64,000 nucleotides of DNA from a virus. The position numbers and the translations under genes are program-made. This document shows positions 18,973 through 28,777 of the stretch, in pieces (within the stretch, counting starts at the first letter, position 1; the number at the start of each line of letters is the position of its first letter). Below the pieces are notes generated by a model that searched no databases, was not told where the DNA came from, and was given only the letters and a program-made list of their open reading frames with translations. The DNA lies in the IMG/VR virus record IMGVR_UViG_3300020204_000008. One strand, written 5' to 3'.

Positions 18973-20835
18973 ATGGCTAAGAAATCGATAGAAACAAAGT
19001 ATCAGAAACTGACTGACGTTGAACACGTTTTACTCAGACCCTCAATGTATATAGGGTCAGTCGCAATCCATACTGGAGATCAGTATCTCTATGATGGCCA
19101 AAAGGTCACAATTGAAGAAGTTCACTACAATCCAGGATTCATTAAAATCTTTGACGAAATTATTTCTAATGCAGTCGATGAACATCGGCGAAATCCTAAG
19201 CTGAATGAGATCCGAGTAACTATTAATCTTGACACTACTGAGATCACAGTATGGGATAATGGTGGAATTCCAGTAGAAAAACATCCAATCCATAAAGAGT
19301 GGATTCCTGAACTAATATTTTCAAACTTGAAGGCTGGCTCCAATTTTGATGACTCAGAACAGCGTACTGTCGCAGGAACAAATGGTGTTGGTAGCAAGGC
19401 AACCAATATTTTTAGTAAAAAGTTCTCAATTTCAACCTGTGATGGTAAGAATCGATTCGATCAGGTTTTTACTGAAAATATGAAGGATAGAACTAAAGTT
19501 AAAATTACCCCAGCTAAGAGAGGATTCACTGAAATCTCATTTTTTCCCGATCTAGAAAGGTTTAAGATGCGATTAATTGACGAAAAGTCCTTTCAGATCC
19601 TATTTAAACGTTGTTTGGACCTAGTTGCATGTAATAATAAGCTTACTCTAAAGCTAACTAAGATCAAGGAGAGTAAAAAAGAGGAATTTGTGCTTAAATT
19701 TAAGAGTTTTGAAGAATATATTCAGCTCTATGCTCAAGAATATTTCTTTGAGGAGACAAAAGACTGGAAGATAGGCTTTGCAAAGTCGGAAAAAGGATTT
19801 CAGAACGTAAGTTTCGTCAATTCTGTCTATACGATGGACGGCGGAACTCACGTAGAGTACATTACTAATCAGCTAATCTCACAATTAAGGGAAATGATTA
19901 AGAAAAAACACAGAGTTGACGTAAAACCTAGCGATATCCGTAACCATTTATACGTTTTTATCGATTCTACCGTAGTAAACTCATTTTTTAGCTCACAAAC
20001 TAAGGAAAAATTGATCACCGAGGTCAAAGATTTCGGTACCAAGCACGAAGTTACTGATAAGATCGCAAAACTAGTGTTTAAATCTGAAATAATTCAGTCA
20101 GTTTTAGATTGGATCGAGAAAAAAGCCCTTGTACAAGAGCGAGCAGAGCTCAGAAAGTTAAATAAGGACTTGGACAAGACCAAAATACCTAAATTGATCG
20201 ATGCTCAACGAAAAGGAGATCGTGGAATATGCATTTTAGGAATTTATGAGGGGCTAAGTGCAGTTTCAGCAGTTCGTAAGTTTCGAGATACTCAAACGAT
20301 CGGCGCATTCCCTCTAAAGGGTAAGTTCATCAACGTAAGTGAGATGAAACCTTCTGAAATCGCTAAAAACGACGAAGCTGTGCAACTAATGGCCTCTCTG
20401 GGACTAAAGCTAGGCGAAGAACCCAAAGGATTGCGATACGGTCGCATCTACATCTATACAGATGCCGATCCGGACGGTAGTCACATCGCAGCTACCCTAA
20501 TTAACTTTTTTAATCGCTTCTGGCCCGAACTTTTTGATCAAGGTAGGGTATATAAGGTAATGACTCCGCTTGTAGTAGCTAAAAAAGGCAAAGAATCCAT
20601 CAATTTTTACACCAACGATGAGTTTGATGCCTGGTTGAGGAAGAATAAGGCCACCTCTTGGGAAATCGAATACAAGAAGGGATTGGGTGCACTCGAGGAT
20701 ACTGAATACGAAGAAATAATCAAGAATCCATACCTTGTACAGATCAAGAACGATAAAGACTATCGGGACTCACTTGAATCGTGGTTCGGTAAGGACTCTC
20801 AACCTAGAAAGGACCGAATCCTTGGAAATAATTAG
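18973..20835 (+). CDS. gp39: type IIA topoisomerase ATPase/TOPRIM subunit (gp39 and gp60 in one chain)
   Basis: EHVLLRP.MYIG, EIISNAVD, DNGGIP, GTNGVG, EGLSA, PLKGK, DADPDGSHI, YKKGLG. Confidence 0.96.
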   Translation: MAKKSIETKYQKLTDVEHVLLRPSMYIGSVAIHTGDQYLYDGQKVTIEEVHYNPGFIKIFDEIISNAVDEHRRNPKLNEIRVTINLDTTEITVWDNGGIPVEKHPIHKEWIPELIFSNLKAGSNFDDSEQRTVAGTNGVGSKATNIFSKKFSISTCDGKNRFDQVFTENMKDRTKVKITPAKRGFTEISFFPDLERFKMRLIDEKSFQILFKRCLDLVACNNKLTLKLTKIKESKKEEFVLKFKSFEEYIQLYAQEYFFEETKDWKIGFAKSEKGFQNVSFVNSVYTMDGGTHVEYITNQLISQLREMIKKKHRVDVKPSDIRNHLYVFIDSTVVNSFFSSQTKEKLITEVKDFGTKHEVTDKIAKLVFKSEIIQSVLDWIEKKALVQERAELRKLNKDLDKTKIPKLIDAQRKGDRGICILGIYEGLSAVSAVRKFRDTQTIGAFPLKGKFINVSEMKPSEIAKNDEAVQLMASLGLKLGEEPKGLRYGRIYIYTDADPDGSHIAATLINFFNRFWPELFDQGRVYKVMTPLVVAKKGKESINFYTNDEFDAWLRKNKATSWEIEYKKGLGALEDTEYEEIIKNPYLVQIKNDKDYRDSLESWFGKDSQPRKDRILGNN

Positions 20836-20984
20836 CAATCGATGAAATATTACAACGAGTTTGAAAGAAGACCAAAGATCGTCTTTATTTGGATGATTAT
20901 AATGGGATCCATAATAGGTCTCATTTCATGGGTTGTCAAAACTTTGGCTTAGCTCAAAGTAAAAGATAAGAAAATCCCATTTTT

Positions 20985-21326
20985 ATGACATTTGAGCGCT
21001 TTAAATTTATCACTGGCCTAATGGTCCAAAATTCATCTCGAGTAGACAAATCATACGACCAAGGAATAGACCTTGTAGAGTTTGTTGAAGGATATAATGT
21101 CGTAACCGAATATCTTTGGGGAGAGATATTGACCATTGAAGGATTAGACTGGTTCAACTGGTTCATGTACGAAAAGAATTATTTGCAAGACGGAATAGGC
21201 AATCCAGAAATGAATGCATATCATAAGATAAACGATGGAGAACAGGTAGAAATAGTCAAAGACCTAGAAGGTCTACATCAATATTTAGTAGAAAACAATT
21301 ATTTTAAATGCGAAAGCCAGAAATAA
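20985..21326 (+). CDS. hypothetical protein between the topoisomerase genes
   Basis: 113-aa ORF; DWFNWFMYE motif. Confidence 0.7.
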   Translation: MTFERFKFITGLMVQNSSRVDKSYDQGIDLVEFVEGYNVVTEYLWGEILTIEGLDWFNWFMYEKNYLQDGIGNPEMNAYHKINDGEQVEIVKDLEGLHQYLVENNYFKCESQK

Positions 21327-22675
21327 AGACGGTCACAGATTACCTGGACAACGACTATAAAGAGTACGCAGTATACGTAGTTGAGGAACGAGCGATACCT
21401 TCCGTTATAGACGGGTTTAAGCCAACTCAACGTAAGGTGATATTCGTAGCTAATAAAGTTTGGAAGAACGGCTCTGAAAAACCAATGAAGATCTTTCAAT
21501 TAGCCGGTAGAGTAGCGGCAGACGCTTTTTATCACCATTCAGACGGCTCGCTTAATTCTGCAATCATCGGCATGGCACAAAAGTTTAAGAACTCAATGCC
21601 AGTATTAGAAGAAATTGGGCAATTCGGTTCCCTACGTTCACCAGAAGCAGCCGCTCCTCGTTATATTGCAACCAAGTTACATAAGAACTTTAGATTGCTT
21701 TACAAGGATTTTGAGCTACTCGAGCCTAGGTACGAAGAGGGTAATGAGATCGAGCCCAAATATTTTCTACCAATCATTCCGACCGTCCTCCTGAATGGCG
21801 GTAGCGGGATCGCAGTAGGCTTCGCAACAAACATATTAAATCGCAATCCAATTAGCCTAATAGAGGCTTGCCTAAAATCATTAGACGGAAAGAAATACTC
21901 TGAACCCACTCCATGGAACCGAGAGTTTTCAGGCGAATGCTCGCTAATTGATTCAGAAAAGTTTTCCTGGATATTTAGCGGCAAGTATGATGTTAAAAAC
22001 ACGTCTACTGTTACCATTACTGAATTACCTCCTTCAATTACTTATGAGAAATTCGATCAGCATCTAATAGATCTTGAGGACACTCGACGAATTGCTAGTT
22101 ATGAAAATAACTGCAAGTCTAATATCAGTTACACCATCAAGTTTAGACGAGAAGATCTCAAGATGCTTGCTGATTCGACCAGACTAAAGAGATTGTTAAA
22201 GATGGAAGAGCGTCAGACTGAGAACTTTACGGTACTTGATGAACATGGTAAACTTAAGATATTTGGTTCTGCCAGTGAGATCATCGAGTATTTTGTGCAG
22301 TTTAGGCTCTCTTTCTATGATAAAAGAAAGCAATTTATCATCGATACCCTAAACCAGGAACTTACCCTTCTCTCAAATAGGGCCAGATTTGTGAAATCCA
22401 TCATCGGCGGTAAACTAAAGATCAATAACGTGCCTAGAAAAGAGATACTTCTCTATCTACAAACTGCGGATTTTGATGAGATTAATGGATCATATCAATA
22501 TCTACTCTCAATGCCCATTCATTCCCTAACTAAGGAAACATATGAAGACCTGATTAGTGCTGAGGAGAAAAAAAGAGTTGAGCTTGAAGAGATCAAGAAG
22601 AGAGAACCCATACAAATGTACAGAGAAGATTTACAAGAGTTGAAAAAGGCTCTTCAAAAAGAGTATAATAGCTAA
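21308..22675 (+). CDS. gp52: type IIA topoisomerase breakage-reunion subunit
   Basis: RAIP..IDGFKPTQRK, YHH, GQFGS, AAPRY catalytic Tyr, GIAVGFAT, ITELP. Confidence 0.96.
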   Translation: MRKPEIKTVTDYLDNDYKEYAVYVVEERAIPSVIDGFKPTQRKVIFVANKVWKNGSEKPMKIFQLAGRVAADAFYHHSDGSLNSAIIGMAQKFKNSMPVLEEIGQFGSLRSPEAAAPRYIATKLHKNFRLLYKDFELLEPRYEEGNEIEPKYFLPIIPTVLLNGGSGIAVGFATNILNRNPISLIEACLKSLDGKKYSEPTPWNREFSGECSLIDSEKFSWIFSGKYDVKNTSTVTITELPPSITYEKFDQHLIDLEDTRRIASYENNCKSNISYTIKFRREDLKMLADSTRLKRLLKMEERQTENFTVLDEHGKLKIFGSASEIIEYFVQFRLSFYDKRKQFIIDTLNQELTLLSNRARFVKSIIGGKLKINNVPRKEILLYLQTADFDEINGSYQYLLSMPIHSLTKETYEDLISAEEKKRVELEEIKKREPIQMYREDLQELKKALQKEYNS

Positions 22676-22677
22676 AA

Positions 22678-22923
22678 ATGAAACCACTTCTCACATTTTC
22701 CGTTTTATTACTGATGAGCTGCTCCAATTGGAGATACCAAAGGGTGCAATATCTAAGATGTAAAAAATTAGATGAGATCCACGTTCATCTATATCATCAT
22801 GATAGTTGTGAGTGGAATTGTCTTCATCTAAACGAACAGCATGTAATCGTCGTAGACTCATTTAAGGTAAAATATAGAGTAAATAGCAAAGGTGAAGTAA
22901 CAAAAATAAAACTAATAAGATGA
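22678..22923 (+). CDS. putative lipoprotein, His/Cys-rich
   Basis: MKPLLTFSVLLLMSC lipobox-like signal. Confidence 0.55.
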   Translation: MKPLLTFSVLLLMSCSNWRYQRVQYLRCKKLDEIHVHLYHHDSCEWNCLHLNEQHVIVVDSFKVKYRVNSKGEVTKIKLIR

Positions 22924-23048
22924 AAAAATACCTAAGATTTTTCTGTAGATCACTGCTCGCCCTGTTTATAATTCCAGGACTCATTTTAACCGTTCCTGGC
23001 ATTCTTCTTTTTTTATTATTTGAGGAATTCATCAACACAAAAGAATAA
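22920..23048 (+). CDS. 42-aa membrane peptide (not in the ORF track)
   Basis: ATGA overlap; MKKYLRFFCRSLLALFIIPGLILTVPGILLFLLFEEFINTKE. Confidence 0.55.
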   Translation: MKKYLRFFCRSLLALFIIPGLILTVPGILLFLLFEEFINTKE

Positions 23049-23081
23049 CTTTTAAATCATTAACCTTTAAATCAGAATAAG

Positions 23082-23315
23082 ATGGCAGAGTTTTCTAAAC
23101 AGTACTGTGAATCTCATGATCATGAGATTATTCCTGATTTTGATATATTGGAGATCGCGTCAGAACTATCCAATGAACATTACCTTCCTGCAATCTGTGA
23201 AGGTTATGGATTTATTGCAATCGGAAAAAACGAACTTGGTGAAATTATCCTTGCTTTTAGAAAGGATGCGGATCAAGTTGAATGGAAACCTTACCTAGAA
23301 GTAGTAGTAGTATAA
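23082..23315 (+). CDS. hypothetical protein
   Basis: 77-aa ORF after an A-rich leader. Confidence 0.7.
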   Translation: MAEFSKQYCESHDHEIIPDFDILEIASELSNEHYLPAICEGYGFIAIGKNELGEIILAFRKDADQVEWKPYLEVVVV

Positions 23316-23549
23316 TAAAAAACATATCACTATGACAATCGCACAAACGCCTAAAGAAAAAAATAAAAAGACCCGCTAAGTGTGGGCGACCGTGGATCAC
23401 AATCCATTAACCATAGCGAGTATAATAAAATTATAGGATTATTTCTAATATCTTTTCAGCCACTGCAATCGCATCGCTTTCACCCAATACTTCTTCTTCC
23501 GGTCTTCTAGCAACTACTGCGCGTATACTATCCTAGACATATTAATAGA

Positions 23550-23918
23550 TTATTTTAGGGTCAATAAATATTTAAGCTTATTGATTGCAGCCAGCATCTC
23601 ATCTCTTAAGTTTAAGAGATCACTGTCCTTGTTACCATCTAGTTTATGATTAAAACTTAATAAGAATTCTACAATAGTGTCCAGGAATTCCTCTATGTTT
23701 ACCTCGCCTATATTACCCAATAGGATGGTGTCAGTCTCTCCTTCTAGAGCAACCCGACCGTATTTTCCCATGTATATTTCCATAAAATCATCAGATAGTG
23801 CACTAAGAGTATCATAGATCCCCCCGTATGCAATGTGCTTGGAATAAGATTGTGTCTGCCAATGAAACACTTTAAACTGGGATTGGATACCTAAAAAGGT
23901 AGACATTAAGCTAGTCAT
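23550..23918 (-). CDS. ferritin/Dps-like protein (DUF5856-like)
   Basis: FHWQT.SY..H.A...Y..L....D...E.Y.GKYGR and DL.N.RDEM......KYLLTL; late motif at 23934..23942. Confidence 0.8.
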   Translation of the reverse strand: MTSLMSTFLGIQSQFKVFHWQTQSYSKHIAYGGIYDTLSALSDDFMEIYMGKYGRVALEGETDTILLGNIGEVNIEEFLDTIVEFLLSFNHKLDGNKDSDLLNLRDEMLAAINKLKYLLTLK

Positions 23919-23951
23919 AACTTGAAGTTTTTATTATTTATCTACTAAAAC

Positions 23952-23982
23952 AAAAAAAGAGGACTCTTTCGAATCCTCTTTT
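23952..23982 (-). terminator. intrinsic terminator after the major capsid gene
   Basis: GAGGAUUC-GAAA-GAGUCCUC followed by a U7 tract on the minus strand. Confidence 0.85.
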
Positions 23983-24003
23983 AATTATCTAAATATGTTT
24001 AGA

Positions 24004-25659
24004 TTATACTCCACTTTCTACAAATGAAGTAGAACCTGTAAGAACTCCAATAGCCTCTGGATCGATCTCCATGCTTACGTATTGAGTTTCAGGGTGCCAT
24101 CCTGCTTCAGTAATCGCGTATCTTGATTTCATACCGATTTTTGGAGAGAATGTTCCTTCAGAAATAGTCTGAAGAGATTCAGCCATGATGTATGGCATGA
24201 ATTTAACACCTGGTTCTTCGTCTGCTCCTTTACGCCCGATCGCAAGTCTAGAATCTCCCCAAGACAGGTTAGGGTCAACATAAACTTGTACACCGTAAAC
24301 TTTACCAGCTGGGTAAAGGTTACCTGCAACTCCACCAATATCGGTTGGAACTTGTGCGATTGAGTAACCAGCAACATCAGCCATTGCAGAAGCAATACGT
24401 CCGTTAGTTACTAAGAAAGTACCAGCTCCGAAACGTCCCCTATGGTAGATTAAGTTAGCAAGTTCAAGAACTTTAGTAACTAATCTTCTTTGTAGAGTAG
24501 ATGTGTTATCGAATCCACCAGCAGTCAAGTCAAGGTTAGTTACACCTGCACCTTCAACTAATGCAACTTCAGCAGAGTGAACGTCAGCTAATTGTAATAC
24601 TCGGTCAACTAATCTTTTGTTGATTGATTGAGCTAAGTCATTAACTGCTACGTTTTCTAACATAGAGATAACGTCATAATTCCAAACTCTGTTTAAGTCT
24701 TGGATTTGCTCAACAGTTGCAGAGATAGACACTTGGTCAGTCTCAGCCTCAACAAACTTAGTGAACATTCTTAATCCCATTTGACGGAATTTAGAGTTTT
24801 CACCAGCCTCTCTCCTCATTGATCCAGGAACGTCTCCTGTAGCAGGAAGGTAAGAACCGTTGAATGCAGTAGTTGCGTAATCTGCATCAGATACAGATGT
24901 GAAACCAGAGATGTGGTTTTCCAATGCAGAAACTAGAGAAACTCCAGTTGCAACGCCAGAAGAAGTATCACCATTGATAGTGATAGTGTTAGTAATGATT
25001 GATGAAGCTAATGTGTTAGTACCGTTATCTTCGACTACTTTAGCGATCAACTGACCGTCAACGCGAGAGTAACCTACGAATGTTAAATCAAAATCACCAG
25101 CACCAGATCCACCAACTGTGATTACATCACCAGGAGCTGGAACCGTGCTGAAAGAAGCTGAAGTAACTCCTTCGATTTTAACTAAATATGGATCGAAATC
25201 ACCAGCACCAGTTCTACCACCTGCATATAAATAATCCAAGTAAGGAAGGAATCCAACTGGAGAATCCATAGGGATAACTGGAACTAGGTCGAAACCAATA
25301 GTTTTTGCAGCTACTTGGATAGCAACTGGAAGAAGAGATGGGAATTTATCGCCAGATCCGTTTCCTGTAGCAGTGTAGCTGTTTTTTACACCAGCTGAAA
25401 AAGGAGTACCTCCGTTATTGAAAGTAGGTGCTTGTGGATTTCCCATAAAACCACCAAGAGAACCTGGAGTTTGGAAAAATACACCTGGAGCAGTGGATTC
25501 AAAGATAGGTGTAGTGTTATCAAAGATCGCGTGGTTGTGAGCGTACTCAGCTAACCATGGAGTCTTAGCAACATCAGCACCGTAACCTTCTAAAATCGGC
25601 TGCCATGTGTTCGTTAAGCGATTGTCGCTTGAACGTCTGAAAATTTTAGTACGTGCCAT
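24004..25659 (-). CDS. gp23: major capsid protein (T4 gp23-like)
   Basis: WQPILE, DLVPVIPM..P.G, E..QDL, INKRLV, VYVDP, FMPY, TFSPKIGMKSRYA. Confidence 0.93.
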   Translation of the reverse strand: MARTKIFRRSSDNRLTNTWQPILEGYGADVAKTPWLAEYAHNHAIFDNTTPIFESTAPGVFFQTPGSLGGFMGNPQAPTFNNGGTPFSAGVKNSYTATGNGSGDKFPSLLPVAIQVAAKTIGFDLVPVIPMDSPVGFLPYLDYLYAGGRTGAGDFDPYLVKIEGVTSASFSTVPAPGDVITVGGSGAGDFDLTFVGYSRVDGQLIAKVVEDNGTNTLASSIITNTITINGDTSSGVATGVSLVSALENHISGFTSVSDADYATTAFNGSYLPATGDVPGSMRREAGENSKFRQMGLRMFTKFVEAETDQVSISATVEQIQDLNRVWNYDVISMLENVAVNDLAQSINKRLVDRVLQLADVHSAEVALVEGAGVTNLDLTAGGFDNTSTLQRRLVTKVLELANLIYHRGRFGAGTFLVTNGRIASAMADVAGYSIAQVPTDIGGVAGNLYPAGKVYGVQVYVDPNLSWGDSRLAIGRKGADEEPGVKFMPYIMAESLQTISEGTFSPKIGMKSRYAITEAGWHPETQYVSMEIDPEAIGVLTGSTSFVESGV

Positions 25660-25686
25660 TTGTTAAAATGATTTTTTTAGTTTTTG

Positions 25687-26928
25687 TTACAATCTAGAAC
25701 CTGCGTTTCTCAACATCGTTTCTAAGTAACCTTGAGAGTAACCTCTCTGCATCTCAACAACCTGATTTACAGGTATTAGGCCTTCTGTACTTTGGCTTTC
25801 GTTGAGTTGTTGCGTTATTTTTGTGTTGTATTTTTGTGCTTCAATTCTTTCATTGATTCCTCTCATATCTAAGTCATCCCAAAATGCTTTAACTTGGTAT
25901 GGAGTGTTTACAGTATAAAGCTGTGCTTTTGCATGAACTTTACTTTGTTCTTTCTCATTCATCTCGCTCCAGATAGCTTTATATTCTGCTGGCATGAATC
26001 TAATATAAGTAGGAATGTTTTGCTCTTTATTGTTTACTACTGCTTCCATGATTCCAACGATATCGTTTTCGTTAAACCATACAGATCCGTTAAGAGCTTC
26101 AACAATCGCTTGTTTAGTGTCTGATTGTAAGTTAAAGAATACTTTCTTGTTTGCCTCTCCCATAACTTTTAAGAAAGGGTGTTTGCTTTCAAGAACTGCT
26201 TTAGAAGACTTATCGTTTACTTCAGTGATCACTTGGTCAACCTTAGAGATTAGGTGATCGATTGAAGACTCATTTAATTTAGAAACCGATCCAAGAACGT
26301 TTCTTCTACCTACAGTAGTTCCTTCTCCTAAAGACTCAGCGATATATTCAGAGTAACCGATAGATTGGCCTAACTTTTCAGCAACATACTGAGAATATTC
26401 TCTATTTAAGTTGATGTTTTCTGAAAGGTATTCTCCGAACTCGATAGAACGGTTAGTCCCTTCAGCAACGTATTCAACATACTGTAATCCCTTGTCTAAT
26501 TCTTCAGCCAAGTAATTTTGGTATTTAATAGAGTTGTTTACGTTTTCTTTAATGTATTCTGCGTAGTTAATTGACTCATTCAATTTAGATGAAAGGTAAT
26601 CTTGATAGTTAACTGACTGGTTTAATTTTTCTCCTAAATAAGAAGAATAATCGATTGAGTTGTTAACTGTCTCAGAAACGTGCTCAGTATATCTAACTGA
26701 CTCGTTTAGTTTGTGAGAAAGATAATCAGCGAAATTGATCACTCCTTCTAACGATTCTGCTAAATAATTTACGAATCTAATTAATTCAGGATTGCTTGAT
26801 CCATTATTTGATTGTGCAGACTCTAAAACAGACTTGTGATTCTTAAGTTCTTTTTTAATTCCATTGAATTGTGTTTTAAGAACTTCTGAATATTTGTCCA
26901 TTTGTTCTTTTGTTACAAACTCGGCCAT
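25687..26928 (-). CDS. putative nested in-frame scaffold protein (starts at Met245, 413 aa)
   Basis: Internal GATAAATAA at 26993..27001 and an A-rich leader before in-frame ATG (MAEFVTKEQ). Confidence 0.55.
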   Translation of the reverse strand: MAEFVTKEQMDKYSEVLKTQFNGIKKELKNHKSVLESAQSNNGSSNPELIRFVNYLAESLEGVINFADYLSHKLNESVRYTEHVSETVNNSIDYSSYLGEKLNQSVNYQDYLSSKLNESINYAEYIKENVNNSIKYQNYLAEELDKGLQYVEYVAEGTNRSIEFGEYLSENINLNREYSQYVAEKLGQSIGYSEYIAESLGEGTTVGRRNVLGSVSKLNESSIDHLISKVDQVITEVNDKSSKAVLESKHPFLKVMGEANKKVFFNLQSDTKQAIVEALNGSVWFNENDIVGIMEAVVNNKEQNIPTYIRFMPAEYKAIWSEMNEKEQSKVHAKAQLYTVNTPYQVKAFWDDLDMRGINERIEAQKYNTKITQQLNESQSTEGLIPVNQVVEMQRGYSQGYLETMLRNAGSRL

Positions 26929-27660
26929 TGTGTTGTTATTTTTTTGTTCTTGCAAAGTCCCTTGGAACTGTGTTCCTGAACCATTTTCTAATTTATTTAT
27001 CTTATAGACTTTAAAATTATCTGCAAAGTTTAAATTTTCTGAAATATCCATTAGTCCAGACTTATGAACAAAAGAGTTTTCCTTCATCGAGTTATAACTC
27101 TCAGTGATCATTGAAAAATCATTCTTTAGGGATTCACTAACCGTTTTACGTAAGATCGCATCCGTGAATCCAGGCTCTCCGACCAAGTCATAAGTAAAGA
27201 TTCTCTGTAACTTAACGTGTCCGCTCTCACCTACCTGTCCAGCCGCTCTTGAAGAAACTGATAATTGAACTCCTCCATCGAGTAAAGCTTTCGCTAATTT
27301 ACCGTGTGGAGTGTTTTCTAAGAGTCTAACCTTGATATAAACCTTATCTCCTCCGTCATAGTTAATACTCTCAATGATGTGAGAGGCTTCGCTTAATTTT
27401 GGTTCGAAATGTTGAGGATGGTCTACCGTTCCTACTAATTGTCTCTTAGAGATTTTTTCTTGAAGATAAGTAAGATGAGGTAAGTATTCCGATTTTTCAT
27501 ATACTCGTCGGTTGTTATTCATTTGACCGAATACCGCACATACTCCTTCAAGGACAGTGCCAGTGTTAGATGAATCCCTTACTTGAAGTTTTTCACCCAC
27601 GTTTTCAACGATTAATACCCAATCGTTGTTGTTAATTTGTGCTGAATTTAATTTTGACAA
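25687..27660 (-). CDS. gp21: prohead protease (gp21-like) fused to a scaffold/core domain; TTG start
   Basis: LEG, N.N.RVY, G..DHP, SH.I, TPHG, VSSRAAG, TYDLV.EPGF; then a long coiled coil with 14-aa repeats. Confidence 0.9.
   Translation of the reverse strand: MSKLNSAQINNNDWVLIVENVGEKLQVRDSSNTGTVLEGVCAVFGQMNNNRRVYEKSEYLPHLTYLQEKISKRQLVGTVDHPQHFEPKLSEASHIIESINYDGGDKVYIKVRLLENTPHGKLAKALLDGGVQLSVSSRAAGQVGESGHVKLQRIFTYDLVGEPGFTDAILRKTVSESLKNDFSMITESYNSMKENSFVHKSGLMDISENLNFADNFKVYKINKLENGSGTQFQGTLQEQKNNNTMAEFVTKEQMDKYSEVLKTQFNGIKKELKNHKSVLESAQSNNGSSNPELIRFVNYLAESLEGVINFADYLSHKLNESVRYTEHVSETVNNSIDYSSYLGEKLNQSVNYQDYLSSKLNESINYAEYIKENVNNSIKYQNYLAEELDKGLQYVEYVAEGTNRSIEFGEYLSENINLNREYSQYVAEKLGQSIGYSEYIAESLGEGTTVGRRNVLGSVSKLNESSIDHLISKVDQVITEVNDKSSKAVLESKHPFLKVMGEANKKVFFNLQSDTKQAIVEALNGSVWFNENDIVGIMEAVVNNKEQNIPTYIRFMPAEYKAIWSEMNEKEQSKVHAKAQLYTVNTPYQVKAFWDDLDMRGINERIEAQKYNTKITQQLNESQSTEGLIPVNQVVEMQRGYSQGYLETMLRNAGSRL
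26320..26775 (-). repeat. 11 tandem 14-aa repeats, (Y/F)xxY(L/V)xExLNxS(I/V)x
   Basis: e.g. YSSYLGEKLNQSVN YQDYLSSKLNESIN YAEYIKENVNNSIK. Confidence 0.85.
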
Positions 27661-27706
27661 AGCCCAAAATATTTTTTATTATTTATTAAGGGCTCTTTTA
27701 AACTTT

Positions 27707-28714
27707 TTAAGTTTTATTTTCGCAATTTGATAATATTGCTTTTAATTTAGTTAAATCTTTGTTTGATAACTCATCAGTTTGCGGCAGAGTCACGTTAAAC
27801 TTTACTAAATACTCTCCTAATTTACCCTGTTCATCCAGTATGCCCTCATTGGGTATGGAGAACTTAAGGTTTGATGCCGATCTGGGACTATTAAAGTCGG
27901 CCTCATATTTTTTACTTACAATCGTCTCTATCTTGATCTTTTCTTCTGTGAACACGACCTTAGATAACGGAAGATCGACCGTCTGTACTATCTTGTTACC
28001 CTCAATCTTAATGTTTTCAGGCACCACTAGTTCTAGCGTCACGTGTAGGTCTCCCATTAGAGGTACTTGTTCTATCTCTCCCCATATGTTTAATTGGGTG
28101 ATAACATCCTCATTTCCCAAGCCAGGTACTCTAGCGGATATTATGTAGGCTCCACTGTCCTTCTTAATCAAGATATACTTTTTTCTAAGATCGATCGTGA
28201 TGTTAATCTCCTTCTCCTCCTCTATCTTATCGAACGTAAGCATGTTACCCGACTTGCCCGTATAATTTATCTTTTCTCGCGTAAAACCAATCTCTATCTT
28301 TTTACCCAATAAGGCGTCCTTTAGTTCTATTTTATCGTGCACATAAAGGTTTAGGTGATCAGTTTTAGGCTGAGCTGGGTGAGTTCGGTGTTGGGTCTTC
28401 TTAGCTCTATCGTTAGACCTTCTCCTAAAATCCGCGTCTGCGAAGTTTCTCACGAAATCATCGAAACCAAAACCCGCGCTCTCGTAACTAGAAGACCAGT
28501 TATTTGTTGAGTTAGTTTTCTTATCGTATTCGCCTCTCTTTTTCTCATCTGAAAGGACAGTATATGAGTCTGAGATCTTTTTAAATAGCTCTTCCGATTC
28601 CTTGTTGCCGTTTGTCTTGTCCGGATGGTATTTTACTGCAAGCTTACGGTAGGCTTTTTTGATTTCTTCTTGAGTGGCAGTCTTAGGGACTCCTAAGTTC
28701 GCATAGTGATCCAT
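27707..28714 (-). CDS. dnaJ: DnaJ co-chaperone without zinc finger
   Basis: DHY..LGV...[18 protein letters not shown]-domain; C-terminal GLG..GDL, EGI..G.Y. Confidence 0.92.
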   Translation of the reverse strand: MDHYANLGVPKTATQEEIKKAYRKLAVKYHPDKTNGNKESEELFKKISDSYTVLSDEKKRGEYDKKTNSTNNWSSSYESAGFGFDDFVRNFADADFRRRSNDRAKKTQHRTHPAQPKTDHLNLYVHDKIELKDALLGKKIEIGFTREKINYTGKSGNMLTFDKIEEEKEINITIDLRKKYILIKKDSGAYIISARVPGLGNEDVITQLNIWGEIEQVPLMGDLHVTLELVVPENIKIEGNKIVQTVDLPLSKVVFTEEKIKIETIVSKKYEADFNSPRSASNLKFSIPNEGILDEQGKLGEYLVKFNVTLPQTDELSNKDLTKLKAILSNCENKT

Positions 28715-28777
28715 TAATTGGGATTTTTTCTAAACTTGATCTAATCTATATTGTATAAGAAAAAAAGAAAAGGTTCT

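Noticed and set aside
18973-20835. Gene 60-type bypass in the topoisomerase
   Set aside because: The ATPase and TOPRIM regions are one continuous ORF
20842-20970. 42-aa ORF between the topoisomerase genes with a possible 1-nt frameshift in a TM helix
   Set aside because: Too short to support; noted only as a hint that indel errors or decay may exist in this assembly
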